Assembly: GCA_965116925.1 (NCBI GenBank)
Contig: OZ220744.1
Coordinates: 5,088,001-5,152,000, forward strand
Direction of reading: 5' to 3'
DNA: 64,000 nt
DNA from: Candidatus Poribacteria bacterium
GTDB taxonomy: Bacteria > Poribacteria > WGA-4E > PCPOR2b
The position numbers and the translations under genes are program-made. Shown here one piece after another: positions 1 to 10,139 of the stretch; within the stretch, counting starts at the first letter, position 1, and every line of letters begins with the position of its first letter. A model generated the notes under the pieces. That model did no database searches. It saw nothing but the letters and a program-made list of their open reading frames with translations, and was not told the DNA's origin.

Positions 1-1030
1 TCCCGACGAGCAAGAAAAGTGCACCGGTGCTTAACCCGTGATTAATCATTTGAAGAATACCACCCTGCACGCCTTGATGGTTGAGGGCGAAAAGTCCAAG
101 CACAACAAACCCCAAATGACTCACACTCGAATAAGCAACCAATTTTTTGAGGTCTGGCTGCACCATCGCCACCAATGCACCGTAAATGATACCAATCACG
201 GACAACGTTACGATCAGCGGCGTATACGCTGCGACCCCTTCCGGGAAAAGGGGCATACAGAAACGCACGATGCCGTATGTTCCCATTTTGAGTAATACGC
301 CAGCGAGAATAACGCTGCCAACCGTTGGTGCTTCAACGTGTGCGTCGGGAAGCCAGGTGTGGAAGGGGAAAAGCGGCACCTTGATGGCAAAGGCGATGAA
401 AAACGCCAAGAATAGCAAGTTCTGATGCGATAGTGATCTGCCGTACAAGGTCATCAGGTTGAAACTGTTATCGTTTTGGAAATAGAGGTACAAAATCCCA
501 ACAAGCATCAACGCGCTGCCTGCCATTGTGTACAGGACAAACTTAATTGTCGCGTAGATGCGCCGGTGTCCACCCCAGATACCGATTAGTAGATACATCG
601 GGATGAGCATCGCCTCCCAAAATACAAAAAAGAGGAAAAGGTCTAATGCACAAAACACACCGAGCATCGCCGTTTCAAGCATAAGCAAGGAAATCATGAA
701 TCCGCTGGGACCCTTTTCTATCGAATTCCATGCTGCGAGCACACAAATCGGTGTCATAAAAGTGGTCAGCAGAACCAACCAGAGCGAGATACCGTCAATG
801 CCGAGGTGATAGCTTATGCCAAGTCCCTCAATCCAAGTCCGCTCCTCCTTAAACTGCATCTCATGCGTGCTTGCGTCAAACCCGGTATAGAGGGATAGCG
901 ACAAGGCAAAAGTGAGCAGCGTAACGATCAGTGCAATCCATTTAAGCCCTGACTCACCTAAGATGTGCCTCGCAAGGGCAATTAAAATTGCGCCGAGTAG
1001 TGGTAAAAAGATAACTGCGGAAAGTAGCAA
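1..1030 (-). CDS. nuoM: NADH-quinone oxidoreductase subunit M (N-terminal part, runs off window edge)
   Basis: Minus-strand reading from TTG at 1030 (SD GGAGG) gives [14 protein letters not shown]...[15 protein letters not shown]...[21 protein letters not shown]...[22 protein letters not shown], the NuoM signature; lies downstream of nuoL. Confidence 0.93.
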   Translation of the reverse strand, partial: MLLSAVIFLPLLGAILIALARHILGESGLKWIALIVTLLTFALSLSLYTGFDASTHEMQFKEERTWIEGLGISYHLGIDGISLWLVLLTTFMTPICVLAAWNSIEKGPSGFMISLLMLETAMLGVFCALDLFLFFVFWEAMLIPMYLLIGIWGGHRRIYATIKFVLYTMAGSALMLVGILYLYFQNDNSFNLMTLYGRSLSHQNLLFLAFFIAFAIKVPLFPFHTWLPDAHVEAPTVGSVILAGVLLKMGTYGIVRFCMPLFPEGVAAYTPLIVTLSVIGIIYGALVAMVQPDLKKLVAYSSVSHLGFVVLGLFALNHQGVQGGILQMINHGLSTGALFLLVG

Positions 1031-1063
1031 GTATAACCTCCGAAGTGTAACGCGTAAAGGTAT

Positions 1064-1447
1064 TTACGCTTCGTGATTTGCGAGTGATTCTCTAATTTCA
1101 ACTGTACGATTACCGTAGTCAATTTCTAAAACGTAACCTTCTAAAAGCTCACTGCCGAGTAATGCGTCCTCAGATTCTGTAAGGGAGATTTCCGCTTGGT
1201 CAACCGCTTCACCCAAACGGATAGTGGCCTCAAATGTCAGTTCACGTTTGACAGTTCCATCGGCAAGTTCGTAGTTGATACGTCCATATAGTTCGAGTCC
1301 TAATGGAATTGCAAGCGGTAGAGGCAAGCACAAAGAGCCATTAAATCCTGTATCGATCACTGCATCAATCGTTGCTTCTCCACGGTTGCCAAATATAGAC
1401 ACTGCAATCCGCGGCTGTCCTACATCATCAAAATAGCCACGTATCAA
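1064..1447 (-). CDS. Clan AA aspartic protease-like protein (AF_0612 type)
   Basis: AVIDTGFNG catalytic motif and C-terminal ALLGSELL; overlaps upstream gene by ATGA. Confidence 0.8.
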   Translation of the reverse strand: MIRGYFDDVGQPRIAVSIFGNRGEATIDAVIDTGFNGSLCLPLPLAIPLGLELYGRINYELADGTVKRELTFEATIRLGEAVDQAEISLTESEDALLGSELLEGYVLEIDYGNRTVEIRESLANHEA

Positions 1448-1734
1448 GCCGATACCCTTCCCCGATCCCGGTGTACCGCTCGGAACCCTGGGCGAACAAA
1501 ATAGAAAAGTTTATCCGGGTACTTTTGTTTCCCCTTATCACCCGCCTCAATAACATTTTTGCCGACAAAATAATCGCCGCTATACGGCTCAATGGCAACA
1601 ACAAGTCCGTAATATTTATCTTCCAATTCAGACTTCAATTTCTCATAGACCTCATCACTTTTTTCATCAAACTCCCGCATGTTGATTGGCACAATTTTTT
1701 CGAGTTCTCCAGTGTTCTTGTTCATGATACCCAC
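1444..1734 (-). CDS. Small DUF5678-like protein, partner of the aspartic protease
   Basis: LEDKYYGLVVAIEPYSGDYFVG...KYPDKLFYFVR pattern, typical of small proteins paired with clan AA proteases. Confidence 0.6.
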   Translation of the reverse strand: MGIMNKNTGELEKIVPINMREFDEKSDEVYEKLKSELEDKYYGLVVAIEPYSGDYFVGKNVIEAGDKGKQKYPDKLFYFVRPGFRAVHRDRGRVSA

Positions 1735-1737
1735 TCC

Positions 1738-3621
1738 TCATCGAATAAACAGGTAATACCCCAAGAAAATGATGATACCGATGACCATTGACACGACGTA
1801 GGCTTGGACAACCCCCGTCTGAAGTCGTCGGATCGAGCCGCCGATGCCGCGAATAATAAATGCGGTTAGATTCACAAGTCCGTCGATGATGCCGATATCC
1901 ATGATCTTCCAGAACAGGTAGTGGGATACGCCACGGATCGGCTGCACCAAAACAGCGTTATAGATTTCGTCAATATAGTATTTGTTAGCGAGGAGTCTGT
2001 GCAGCGGGTTTGTCGGTTCATCAACGGGTGCTTTGCTGCGATATATGAACCAAGCGACTAAAATGCCAGCAATGCCAACGATGGATGAAATAATCATAAA
2101 GGGGACCGGATTGCTGTGATCTGCTATGCCATGATGTTTAAATCCTGTCACGCTTCCCAAGAAATGATGCATCGCGCTGTGCTCTCCGCCCCAACCGACA
2201 ATTGCACCGATAATTAGAGAAGGAATTGCTAACAACACAAGCGGTATCCACATCACCGGCGGCGATTCGTGAAGATGCGACTCAACCTCTGAATCGACTC
2301 GTGACTCACCATGAAAGACGACGAAGATTAGACGAAACATATAGAACGCCGTAAGGAACGCTGTAAGCAGCCCAATCCCAAAAATTATTTGGTGCCCACC
2401 ATCCCAAGCGTTGTGTAGTATTTCATCTTTACTCCAGAAACCGCTCAAGAACGGGAAACCCGCAATTGCAAGCGCACCGATGAGGAATGTCCAATAGGTG
2501 ATCGGCAGTTTCGATTTCAGCCCACCCATTTTCCGCATATCCAACTCATCCGCCATAGCGTGCATCACGCTGCCAGCGGTGAGGAACATCAACCCTTTGA
2601 AGAAAGCGTGTGTCATCAGGTGAAAGATCCCAGAGGTATACGCACCAACCCCCACACCCACGAACATATAACCGAGTTGGCTTACAGTCGAATATGCTAA
2701 CACGCGCTTGATGTCATTTGCAGCCAATGCCATCGTCGCAGCGAACAGGGCAGTGAGAACGCCAATCCAAGCGACGACAACCCCTGTGTGCGCTAGGTTA
2801 AACAGGATTGATGACCGTGCGACCATGTAGACACCCGCCGTGACCATCGTGGCAGCATGGATCAACGCACTAACAGGAGTCGGACCCTCCATCGCATCGG
2901 GGAGCCAAACGTAGAGAGGGATTTGTGCGGACTTGCCCACCGCGCCGACGAAAAGGAGCAGCGTTGCAACAATGAGTGTACTTGCCCCGAAAACCTGCTC
3001 ATACGTGTTGGTTTCGGCGAGTCCAAACATCTGGTCAAAATTTAATGTGCCAAACGCTGCAAACAGTGTGAACATCCCAAGCAGGAATCCAAAGTCGCCG
3101 ATTCGGTTGACGATAAACGCTTTCTTGCCAGCATCGGTGGCAGATTTTCTCTCAAACCAATGACCGATCAATAGATAAGAACAGAGTCCAACGCCTTCCC
3201 AACCGATGAACATCATCAGATAGTTGTTCGCCAAAACGAGAATTAACATGGCAAACACAAATAGGTTGAGATAGGCAAAATAGCGTGTCCTCCCTGAATC
3301 ATGGCTCATGTAGCCGATTGAATAGATATGGATGAGGAAACCGACTCCTGTGATGACGAGGAGCATCACTGTGGTCAGCGCATCAACGTGGAAGCCGATG
3401 GTAAGAGATTCAATGGGGATCCATTCGTAGAGCGTTTCCTTCAGTTCCCCACCGCCGCGCACCGCAGGAAATACAAAGAACGCACTGATAATGAACGATA
3501 TGAGCACCGCAAGAGATGCAATCCAACCACTCACATTTTTCAGCCATTTTCCAAACAGTCCATTGATTAAAAATCCAATCAGTGGGGAAATCAAAAGTAT
3601 AGTTATTAGGTCTTTCGACAT
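1738..3621 (-). CDS. nuoL: NADH-quinone oxidoreductase subunit L
   Basis: GWEGVGLCSYLLIG, KSAQIPLYVWLPDAMEGPTPVSALIHAATMV, HLMTHAFFK motifs. Confidence 0.97.
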   Translation of the reverse strand: MSKDLITILLISPLIGFLINGLFGKWLKNVSGWIASLAVLISFIISAFFVFPAVRGGGELKETLYEWIPIESLTIGFHVDALTTVMLLVITGVGFLIHIYSIGYMSHDSGRTRYFAYLNLFVFAMLILVLANNYLMMFIGWEGVGLCSYLLIGHWFERKSATDAGKKAFIVNRIGDFGFLLGMFTLFAAFGTLNFDQMFGLAETNTYEQVFGASTLIVATLLLFVGAVGKSAQIPLYVWLPDAMEGPTPVSALIHAATMVTAGVYMVARSSILFNLAHTGVVVAWIGVLTALFAATMALAANDIKRVLAYSTVSQLGYMFVGVGVGAYTSGIFHLMTHAFFKGLMFLTAGSVMHAMADELDMRKMGGLKSKLPITYWTFLIGALAIAGFPFLSGFWSKDEILHNAWDGGHQIIFGIGLLTAFLTAFYMFRLIFVVFHGESRVDSEVESHLHESPPVMWIPLVLLAIPSLIIGAIVGWGGEHSAMHHFLGSVTGFKHHGIADHSNPVPFMIISSIVGIAGILVAWFIYRSKAPVDEPTNPLHRLLANKYYIDEIYNAVLVQPIRGVSHYLFWKIMDIGIIDGLVNLTAFIIRGIGGSIRRLQTGVVQAYVVSMVIGIIIFLGYYLFIR

Positions 3622-3676
3622 TTTAGACTCCTCTGCCAGATGAAACGTGAAAAGAATTTCTTCACGTTTTACGCCT

Positions 3677-3976
3677 CTATCCCTTCATTGAGTTGATTTC
3701 ATCAATGTTAATCGTTTCGCGATGTCTGAAAACACTCACAATAATAGCGAGACCTATGGCGACTTCGGCGGCAGCGACGGTCATAACAAAGAACACAAAG
3801 ATCTGTCCCGAAGCGTCCCCCAATTCTCGACCGATTGCGACGAAAGCGAGATTCGCCGCGTTGAGCATCAGTTCAATGCACATAAAAATAATGATTGCGT
3901 TTCTTCGGATAAGCACGCCGATCACCCCGATAGTAAAGAGCAACGCGCTTAAAATAAGATAATATTGCAGAGCCAT
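3677..3976 (-). CDS. nuoK: NADH-quinone oxidoreductase subunit K
   Basis: [20 protein letters not shown] and [13 protein letters not shown] motifs. Confidence 0.97.
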   Translation of the reverse strand: MALQYYLILSALLFTIGVIGVLIRRNAIIIFMCIELMLNAANLAFVAIGRELGDASGQIFVFFVMTVAAAEVAIGLAIIVSVFRHRETINIDEINSMKG

Positions 3977-3997
3977 ATTCCAACCCCTAGTTTACAA

Positions 3998-4699
3998 TTA
4001 AGCCGCCGTATCTGTATCTTCACGTTTAACGAGCACGATGACCCCGATTAAAGCTGCAAGTAATACAAGCGATGTGACCTCAAAAGGCAGTAGGAACTTC
4101 GTAAATAGTATCGTTCCAATACGGTCAGGTTTACCCATTTCTCCCTGAAGTTTTGCGATAAGTTGATTCGCTTCACCTGCTGTGAGTGTTTCTACGGTGT
4201 TCTTTTGTTCAGCAATCTTTGGCACATAGGTGCTATTGATTTCTGCGCGGTCAAGTTGGTAGATGGATTCAATTTCTCCAATCCGGTTCAGTTGCTCTGA
4301 AGTAATCGCTGCTCCAACCTCTTGGAGTGCGTCCTGAGAAGGTGCAACAGCGGTGCCATCATACGCTTTGATTCCGATGTAAACTGCTTCTGCTGCCAGT
4401 AGAATCCCCACAATGACGGCGAACACCTTTGCCTTGTTGATTTGACGCCCTGCTTGAAGCCTCCCCAAGTTGAGCAACATAATCACGAACAGGAATAGCA
4501 CCATAATTGCGCCGGCATAGACAATCACCTGCACGGCGGCAACAAAGTACGCTCCCAACGAGACAAACAACCCTGCCAATGAGAAGAAGGTCAGGACCAA
4601 GGCTAGCGCACTGTGAATCGGATTCCTAAATGCGATGACGCATATCGCAGAACCAACCGCTAGTATCCCAAAAATAATAAACAGAATCTGTTCAGCCAT
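3998..4699 (-). CDS. nuoJ: NADH-quinone oxidoreductase subunit J (with extra soluble insertion)
   Basis: NPIHSAL, QVIVYAGAIMVLFLFVIMLL, LPFEVTSLVLLAALIG; likely start ATG 4699 after AAGGA. Confidence 0.95.
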   Translation of the reverse strand: MAEQILFIIFGILAVGSAICVIAFRNPIHSALALVLTFFSLAGLFVSLGAYFVAAVQVIVYAGAIMVLFLFVIMLLNLGRLQAGRQINKAKVFAVIVGILLAAEAVYIGIKAYDGTAVAPSQDALQEVGAAITSEQLNRIGEIESIYQLDRAEINSTYVPKIAEQKNTVETLTAGEANQLIAKLQGEMGKPDRIGTILFTKFLLPFEVTSLVLLAALIGVIVLVKREDTDTAA

Positions 4700-4709
4700 G
4701 TGTATCCTT

Positions 4710-4789
4710 TTGACGTACTCCCCCACCCTGAAGGGTGGGGTCTTGTCAGCAAGATTAATAAATCAGAGGCTTGTTACAGCCTACGGTAG
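4710..4789 (-). mobile_element. IS200/IS605-end-like palindromic remnant
   Basis: Perfect hairpin CCCCACCCTGAAGGGTGGGG (4721-4740) followed on the minus strand by GAGTACGTCAA, resembling IS605-group right ends. Confidence 0.45.
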
Positions 4790-5971
4790 TTATTCAGATG
4801 AAGCCTCTTCGGTAAAACTTAGTATACCTCTATCATCAACCGGTTCAGGTTCCCGCGTCATCACCAATGTAGTTGCTACGATTGCAACAACGATAGCAGC
4901 GGCGACGACATTTAGTATGCCCACAAGAAGTTTCGATTGTGTGAATGCCCAAACCGTCCCCGTCACAACGATTGATGTAAGTGCGATAGGCAGTAGAAAT
5001 TTCCAGCCGAGATTCATGAGCTGATCATACCGAAATCGGGGCAATGTCCATCTCACCCAGATAAAAACAAAGAGGAAAAATGCTGTTTTGGCGAAAAAGA
5101 TTCCGAATGAAATCACGCCACTCCAGAAGGGACCGCCAACCGTTTCCAACCCGAAGAAGTGCCAACCACCCAAGAAAAGCGTGACAGCCACCGCCGAGCC
5201 GACAATCATGTGCATATACTCCGCCATAAAATACATAGCGAATTTCATGCTGCTATATTCCGTGTGGTATCCACCGACAAGCTCCTGTTCCGCTTCGGCG
5301 AGATCGAAGGGGAGACGGTTAGTTTCTGCGAAAGCAGCGGTGGTAAAGGCTAAAAAGGCTGGAAAATGGATCAAGAAATTCCAAGTCCAAGGATAACTCC
5401 CTTGTTGGATTGCGATGTCTCGGAGGCTTAATGAACTTGAAAGCATCAGAATGCCGATAATCGAAAGCCCCAACGTCAACTCATAGCTAATCATCTGTGC
5501 AGAAGAGCGCAAGCCACCGAGCAGCGAATACTTGTTATTCGATGCCCATGCACCAAGCACAACACCATAAACCCCCAACGAGGTAATTGCCAGAATATAC
5601 AGAACCCCGATATTAATATCGGCAATTTGCAGAGGGATTTCGTAGCCTGAGATTGTTATTGAACTGCCGAAGGGCACAACCCCGCAGGTAACTAGTGCCG
5701 GGACCAAAATAATTGCAGGTGCGAGTAGATAAATCGGCTTATCCACATGGTCCGGAACTAGGTCCTCTTTCAGCAGAAATTTTATGCCATCGGCGATCGG
5801 CTGCAAAATACCCCAAGGTCCGACACGATTGGGACCGTGCCGATTCTGAATCCATCCACTCACTTTCCGCTCGGCAAGAATCATCGCCATAACGCCGATA
5901 AGTAACAGATGAACGACGACAACAATTTTGATGAGTGAGCTAATGATTAAAACGTGAAATGGTAAGTCCAT
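4790..5971 (-). CDS. nuoH: NADH-quinone oxidoreductase subunit H
   Basis: ERKVSGWIQNRHGPNRVGP, ETNRLPFDLAEAEQELVGGYHTEYS, PRFRYDQLM motifs. Confidence 0.97.
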   Translation of the reverse strand: MDLPFHVLIISSLIKIVVVVHLLLIGVMAMILAERKVSGWIQNRHGPNRVGPWGILQPIADGIKFLLKEDLVPDHVDKPIYLLAPAIILVPALVTCGVVPFGSSITISGYEIPLQIADINIGVLYILAITSLGVYGVVLGAWASNNKYSLLGGLRSSAQMISYELTLGLSIIGILMLSSSLSLRDIAIQQGSYPWTWNFLIHFPAFLAFTTAAFAETNRLPFDLAEAEQELVGGYHTEYSSMKFAMYFMAEYMHMIVGSAVAVTLFLGGWHFFGLETVGGPFWSGVISFGIFFAKTAFFLFVFIWVRWTLPRFRYDQLMNLGWKFLLPIALTSIVVTGTVWAFTQSKLLVGILNVVAAAIVVAIVATTLVMTREPEPVDDRGILSFTEEASSE

Positions 5972-5991
5972 ATCTCTCCCTATCTGGATTC

Positions 5992-6351
5992 TTAGACAAC
6001 TCTGTTTTCAAGACTCCCCAAAATTTCTACGACTTTCACTTTCAGTTCTGGAATATCTTTCTGAATAATTCCCCAAACTACATTTTCATCAATTCCAAAA
6101 TAATGGTGGACTAAAGTGTTCCTCAATCCTATAATCGCTCGCCATTCTATGTCCGAGAATCTTCGTTTGAATTCATTGGTAAGAGAATTGGCAGCTTCAC
6201 CAATGATTTCGAGTTGCTTTATTGAAGCAAACCGCATCATTGAGTTTGCCACAAAATTGTCAAAGCCAACTTGACGGGTGTAAGATTCTATTTCAAAAAT
6301 AGCATCTAATATATGTTGAAGTCTTGCCCGATCACCCAGATCCCCTCGCAT
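5992..6351 (-). CDS. HepT/DUF86 family HEPN ribonuclease toxin
   Basis: IIGEAA, RNTLVHHY (R-x4-H HEPN motif), W..IQKDIPEL. Confidence 0.88.
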   Translation of the reverse strand: MRGDLGDRARLQHILDAIFEIESYTRQVGFDNFVANSMMRFASIKQLEIIGEAANSLTNEFKRRFSDIEWRAIIGLRNTLVHHYFGIDENVVWGIIQKDIPELKVKVVEILGSLENRVV

Positions 6352-6646
6352 AGACTAGCACTCTGTCTTGTTCGATGTAAGGCTGAATGTGTTTTGAGAT
6401 AGCTTTTTGCGAAAGCAGATCCACCTGTCTGTTTAGCAAATCTTGCAAATCAAGCTGCATTTGGACAAATTCTAAACCAATCGGTTGTGCATAGTCTAGC
6501 TCAACTAAAATATCTATATCACTCTTATCATCAGCCTCATCTCTAGCGCACGATCCAAAGAGGTATGCCTTTAGCACCGGTTTATCTTTAAAATAATTGC
6601 CAATTTCTGAGATCTGCCTTGAGTCTAGTTTCATCTTCTTCTCCAC
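6332..6646 (-). CDS. MntA-type minimal nucleotidyltransferase antitoxin
   Basis: LFGSCARDE...SDIDILVE (GS-x10-DxD) motif; overlaps the HEPN gene. Confidence 0.88.
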   Translation of the reverse strand: MEKKMKLDSRQISEIGNYFKDKPVLKAYLFGSCARDEADDKSDIDILVELDYAQPIGLEFVQMQLDLQDLLNRQVDLLSQKAISKHIQPYIEQDRVLVYARGSG

Positions 6647-6786
6647 TCTGCAAACCGGATTTTGCCGCGCTTAACAATCACAGGATATCCTCTTTTGTCA
6701 ATCCTTCGTTGTAATCTGACAGACCTTCCTCGGCGAGTTTTTGGTCTTCGTCGGCAAATTCAGCGTAGAGAGCAGCTAAATCTATT

Positions 6787-8439
6787 TCAGTCTCTAGCGA
6801 GCTTGACTCCACCGTCCCCAATAGTCTGGTGCGTAGCATCTTGATAATCAGGTACATTTTCCGCAATCTCCAACGCAATCTCACCGGCAAAATGATAGTC
6901 CATCTCACCGCCCAACCGCTTGGCTAACTGTTGGATAATCTCCCAATCAACACGCGCCTCGCCGGGGGGATCAACAGCCCGATGTATCCGTTGCACCCAA
7001 CCCTTTGCGTTGGTGAAACTGCCATCCTTCTCCGCAAAAGTGACCCCTGGGAGAACTACATCAGCCAATCGCGCTACATCAGATTCAAAGATATCCTGCA
7101 CGACCAGAAAATCAACCGCTTCCAACGCCTGCTTTGCCGTTTCATCAAGCGAACGTTCGGGTGCCCCATTCACAAGGTACACGACCCCTGCATTTGCGAC
7201 TCCGCTCCAAAGTGCGTCCCCTGTTAAGGACGCATCACTTCCCAACCTGAGCATATCCCGTGCACCGCGCGTATTCGGGTTCTTGTCGGCATCAATGGTG
7301 AATTGCGGGAATTTGTGTTCCTCACCCGGTTCGCGCCCAAACAGACCAATCGACTCCGTTTTGAGGACTTCACGCGCCAGTTTGCCCAGCAGATAGTTCT
7401 CCTCATTGGTGCCTTGTGCAGAACCGATGACAGCAATGGATTCCGGATCGGTCTCAGAGAATTTCTCGGCGATGAGATTCAGTGCCTCCGCCCACGAAGT
7501 TGGAACAAGTTCGCCATCGACCCGCTTCATCGGAATCTTGAGCCGGTCTTCGCTGTTGACGTAATGGTAGCCGAGTCGTCCATCATCGCACATCCAGTGT
7601 TGATTGATATCCTCGTGGAATCGCGGCTTAATTCGATAGAGACCATCCTCTTTATAGTCAACGGTGATGTTACAACCGACACTACACCCCGGACAGACGC
7701 TATTGACCTGCTTCATGAACCATGGACGCGACTTAAAAAGGAAATCCTTGCTAATCAACGCCCCAACGGGACAAATATCTACAACATTGCCAGCGAGTTT
7801 ATTGTCGAGCAACCGGAGCGGGTTCTCATCATGGTCGCGTGGAATATCAATTTCGTCGTGTGACCCCCGGTGGATCAGTCCAAGTTCTCCGGTGCCTGCA
7901 ACCTCATCGCAGAAGCGGACGCAACGGGTGCAAACAATACATCGTGTCGAGTAGAGCAGCACATCAGGACCGAGATCTTTTTTCGGGGGGACGTTCTTAA
8001 CCTCAATGTATCGGCTCTTGCCGCTGCCGTGATTATAGCTGAAATCTTGGAGATCACACTCACCCGCTTGGTCGCAGACGGGGCAATCAAGTGGATGGTG
8101 AACGAGCAGAAACTCAAGGATGTCTTCCCGTGCCTTCTTTACACGCGGCGAATCGGTCCGGACAATAAAGTCATATTTCCCATCTAATTTTCGATCCGGA
8201 GGGGCAGTACGCACCGTGGTTGTGCAGCCGGTTGCGAGTTGACGGTCTGGAACAACCTTGCCCGCAGGCGGAAAGAAGACATGGGGCTCCACAAGGCACA
8301 TACGGCAGTTTGCCGGACGGGTCAGCCCCGGATGGTAACAGTAGTGCGGCACTTCAATGCCGTGTTGTCTCGCAGCCTCAATGATATTGGTTCCGTCTTC
8401 AACTTCAATCTCAAGGTCGTTCAGTTTAATGAATGCCAT
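6787..8439 (-). CDS. nuoG: NADH-quinone oxidoreductase subunit G (short form)
   Basis: PHYCYHP..ANCRMCLVE, HPLDCPVCDQAGECDLQ, CIVCTRCVRFC, CPGCSVGC Fe-S motifs; start ATG 8439 with SD GAGGA. Confidence 0.93.
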   Translation of the reverse strand: MAFIKLNDLEIEVEDGTNIIEAARQHGIEVPHYCYHPGLTRPANCRMCLVEPHVFFPPAGKVVPDRQLATGCTTTVRTAPPDRKLDGKYDFIVRTDSPRVKKAREDILEFLLVHHPLDCPVCDQAGECDLQDFSYNHGSGKSRYIEVKNVPPKKDLGPDVLLYSTRCIVCTRCVRFCDEVAGTGELGLIHRGSHDEIDIPRDHDENPLRLLDNKLAGNVVDICPVGALISKDFLFKSRPWFMKQVNSVCPGCSVGCNITVDYKEDGLYRIKPRFHEDINQHWMCDDGRLGYHYVNSEDRLKIPMKRVDGELVPTSWAEALNLIAEKFSETDPESIAVIGSAQGTNEENYLLGKLAREVLKTESIGLFGREPGEEHKFPQFTIDADKNPNTRGARDMLRLGSDASLTGDALWSGVANAGVVYLVNGAPERSLDETAKQALEAVDFLVVQDIFESDVARLADVVLPGVTFAEKDGSFTNAKGWVQRIHRAVDPPGEARVDWEIIQQLAKRLGGEMDYHFAGEIALEIAENVPDYQDATHQTIGDGGVKLARD

Positions 8440-8480
8440 GATGTCCTCGTTATACAGCGCGTAATGTGTGGTGGTACATG

Positions 8481-10139
8481 TCAAATTGAGTGTGGAATAT
8501 ACGGTTCAACGCCAATCTGATTTTTTGAAATTTGCTCCTCTTTTTTTCCAAAAAAGTAGATAAAGAGTAAAAACCCACCAATGATTGTAACACTATAACC
8601 AGCGATATAAAGCCCCAAATGGATTTTGTACATTACAAATTGAAGAATTAAAACGGCTCCAAAAATGAAGAGACCACATAAGAACGGAATGAGTTCCGTA
8701 TAACGTCTGTTTTGGCTATATTCTTGGGACAGCGGTAATCCGGTGCTCGGTTTTGGGTGAAAGACAACGTAACAGAGCAGACCTATTAGGCCCGGCAACA
8801 GATAAAAACCGCCCCAAAAGCGGGGCCAAAGAAAGGTTGCAACGGTTGCGAATAACAATGTATAAGGAAAAATCATGTAAACCAATGCCGTCGCTTGGAC
8901 ACCTCGCCATAAGGTATGCGGTGCTGCAAGCGACGCGCAGCGAAACAGCCACGCAGCTCTCCAATGATCTGAATACCGAATCTGACTGAGAAAAGTACCG
9001 ATGAAACCTAAACCGATAAAGAAGAAAAGCATTGAGACACCGAGTGCGAGCCAGATAGTGAAAGGTCTTCCAATACTATTCAGAACCGAATCATGCTCAC
9101 GGAACAGAAGAAAGAGGACAATAACGGCAGTCCCAAATTCACGGAAAAACCGAAATTGCGTCGTCCTATCGCGTTTCAGATAGGCAAAAACAAGATCAGA
9201 TGTGATGCGGGTTTCACGCTTCTTGAACAAACGGGCGACTACAGATGTCCTAATCTTGAGTTGTGAACTGCGTGTTCTCCTAGCCTCCGACAGAGAAGCG
9301 AGGTATTTTGAGTAACTTTTGGCAATACTGCGAAGCGGGCCCACCACCAATAGTACAATTGAAGCGATCGCAAGCGCGGTTAAGATCAGAAATTGGCGGT
9401 GTGTATTTCCGAGAGCAAGCGGCACCGCCCCGGCAAACCAACTGTTGGGTAACAGATAGAATGCCTTAAAGAGGGAGACCACCTTATCTGTTGCCAACTC
9501 TGTAAAAAGGCGAGGACCGAGTAGATAGATAGCCGGAAAGAAAACAGTAAAAGCCAACTGTGCGTATTGAGCAATATTTCGGAACCGCTCTTTTGCGTAA
9601 AGTTTTGTCAAATACCCCATAAACATCGTCATCAATCCAATCATGAACAAACCAGCGATGAAGGAGATAGGAAGATAAACGATGGGAAAAAATAGGTTTC
9701 GTTCTTCTGTCCACAACCCAAAGATAGCGGGCAGCAGATTCAAGCATCCCAACAATAGAACAGCATAAGTCAGCAGCTGCGTTAGCTTCACAATAAAATA
9801 GGTACGCGACGACACCGGTGTATGTGATACCACAAGATAGTTAGTCGGACTCAGAATAATATCAAAATGCGGAAGAATCAAAAGTACAACCAACACCATT
9901 GTAGCCGACAGTGTTAAAAGTGTATAGTCAAATATATCCAAGGGCAAAAAAAACACTGCCATGGCGATTGCGGCACCAAAGATAAGACAGATGAAGCACG
10001 TTACACCAAGGGAAGCGTTAGCAAAACCACGTTCACGTTCTGCATCAACTGCACGGGTGGCGACAGCCTTTTCCACTTTCCGAAGTTGCTTGTAGTGTGT
10101 TGGGTCTGCCCCGAACACCTCAGCGATTTTGTCAAGCAT
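8481..10139 (-). CDS. ABC exporter permease-like multi-pass membrane protein
   Basis: About 12 hydrophobic segments, TPVSSRTYFIVKL motif, translationally coupled to the ABC ATPase. Confidence 0.7.
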   Translation of the reverse strand: MLDKIAEVFGADPTHYKQLRKVEKAVATRAVDAERERGFANASLGVTCFICLIFGAAIAMAVFFLPLDIFDYTLLTLSATMVLVVLLILPHFDIILSPTNYLVVSHTPVSSRTYFIVKLTQLLTYAVLLLGCLNLLPAIFGLWTEERNLFFPIVYLPISFIAGLFMIGLMTMFMGYLTKLYAKERFRNIAQYAQLAFTVFFPAIYLLGPRLFTELATDKVVSLFKAFYLLPNSWFAGAVPLALGNTHRQFLILTALAIASIVLLVVGPLRSIAKSYSKYLASLSEARRTRSSQLKIRTSVVARLFKKRETRITSDLVFAYLKRDRTTQFRFFREFGTAVIVLFLLFREHDSVLNSIGRPFTIWLALGVSMLFFFIGLGFIGTFLSQIRYSDHWRAAWLFRCASLAAPHTLWRGVQATALVYMIFPYTLLFATVATFLWPRFWGGFYLLPGLIGLLCYVVFHPKPSTGLPLSQEYSQNRRYTELIPFLCGLFIFGAVLILQFVMYKIHLGLYIAGYSVTIIGGFLLFIYFFGKKEEQISKNQIGVEPYIPHSI

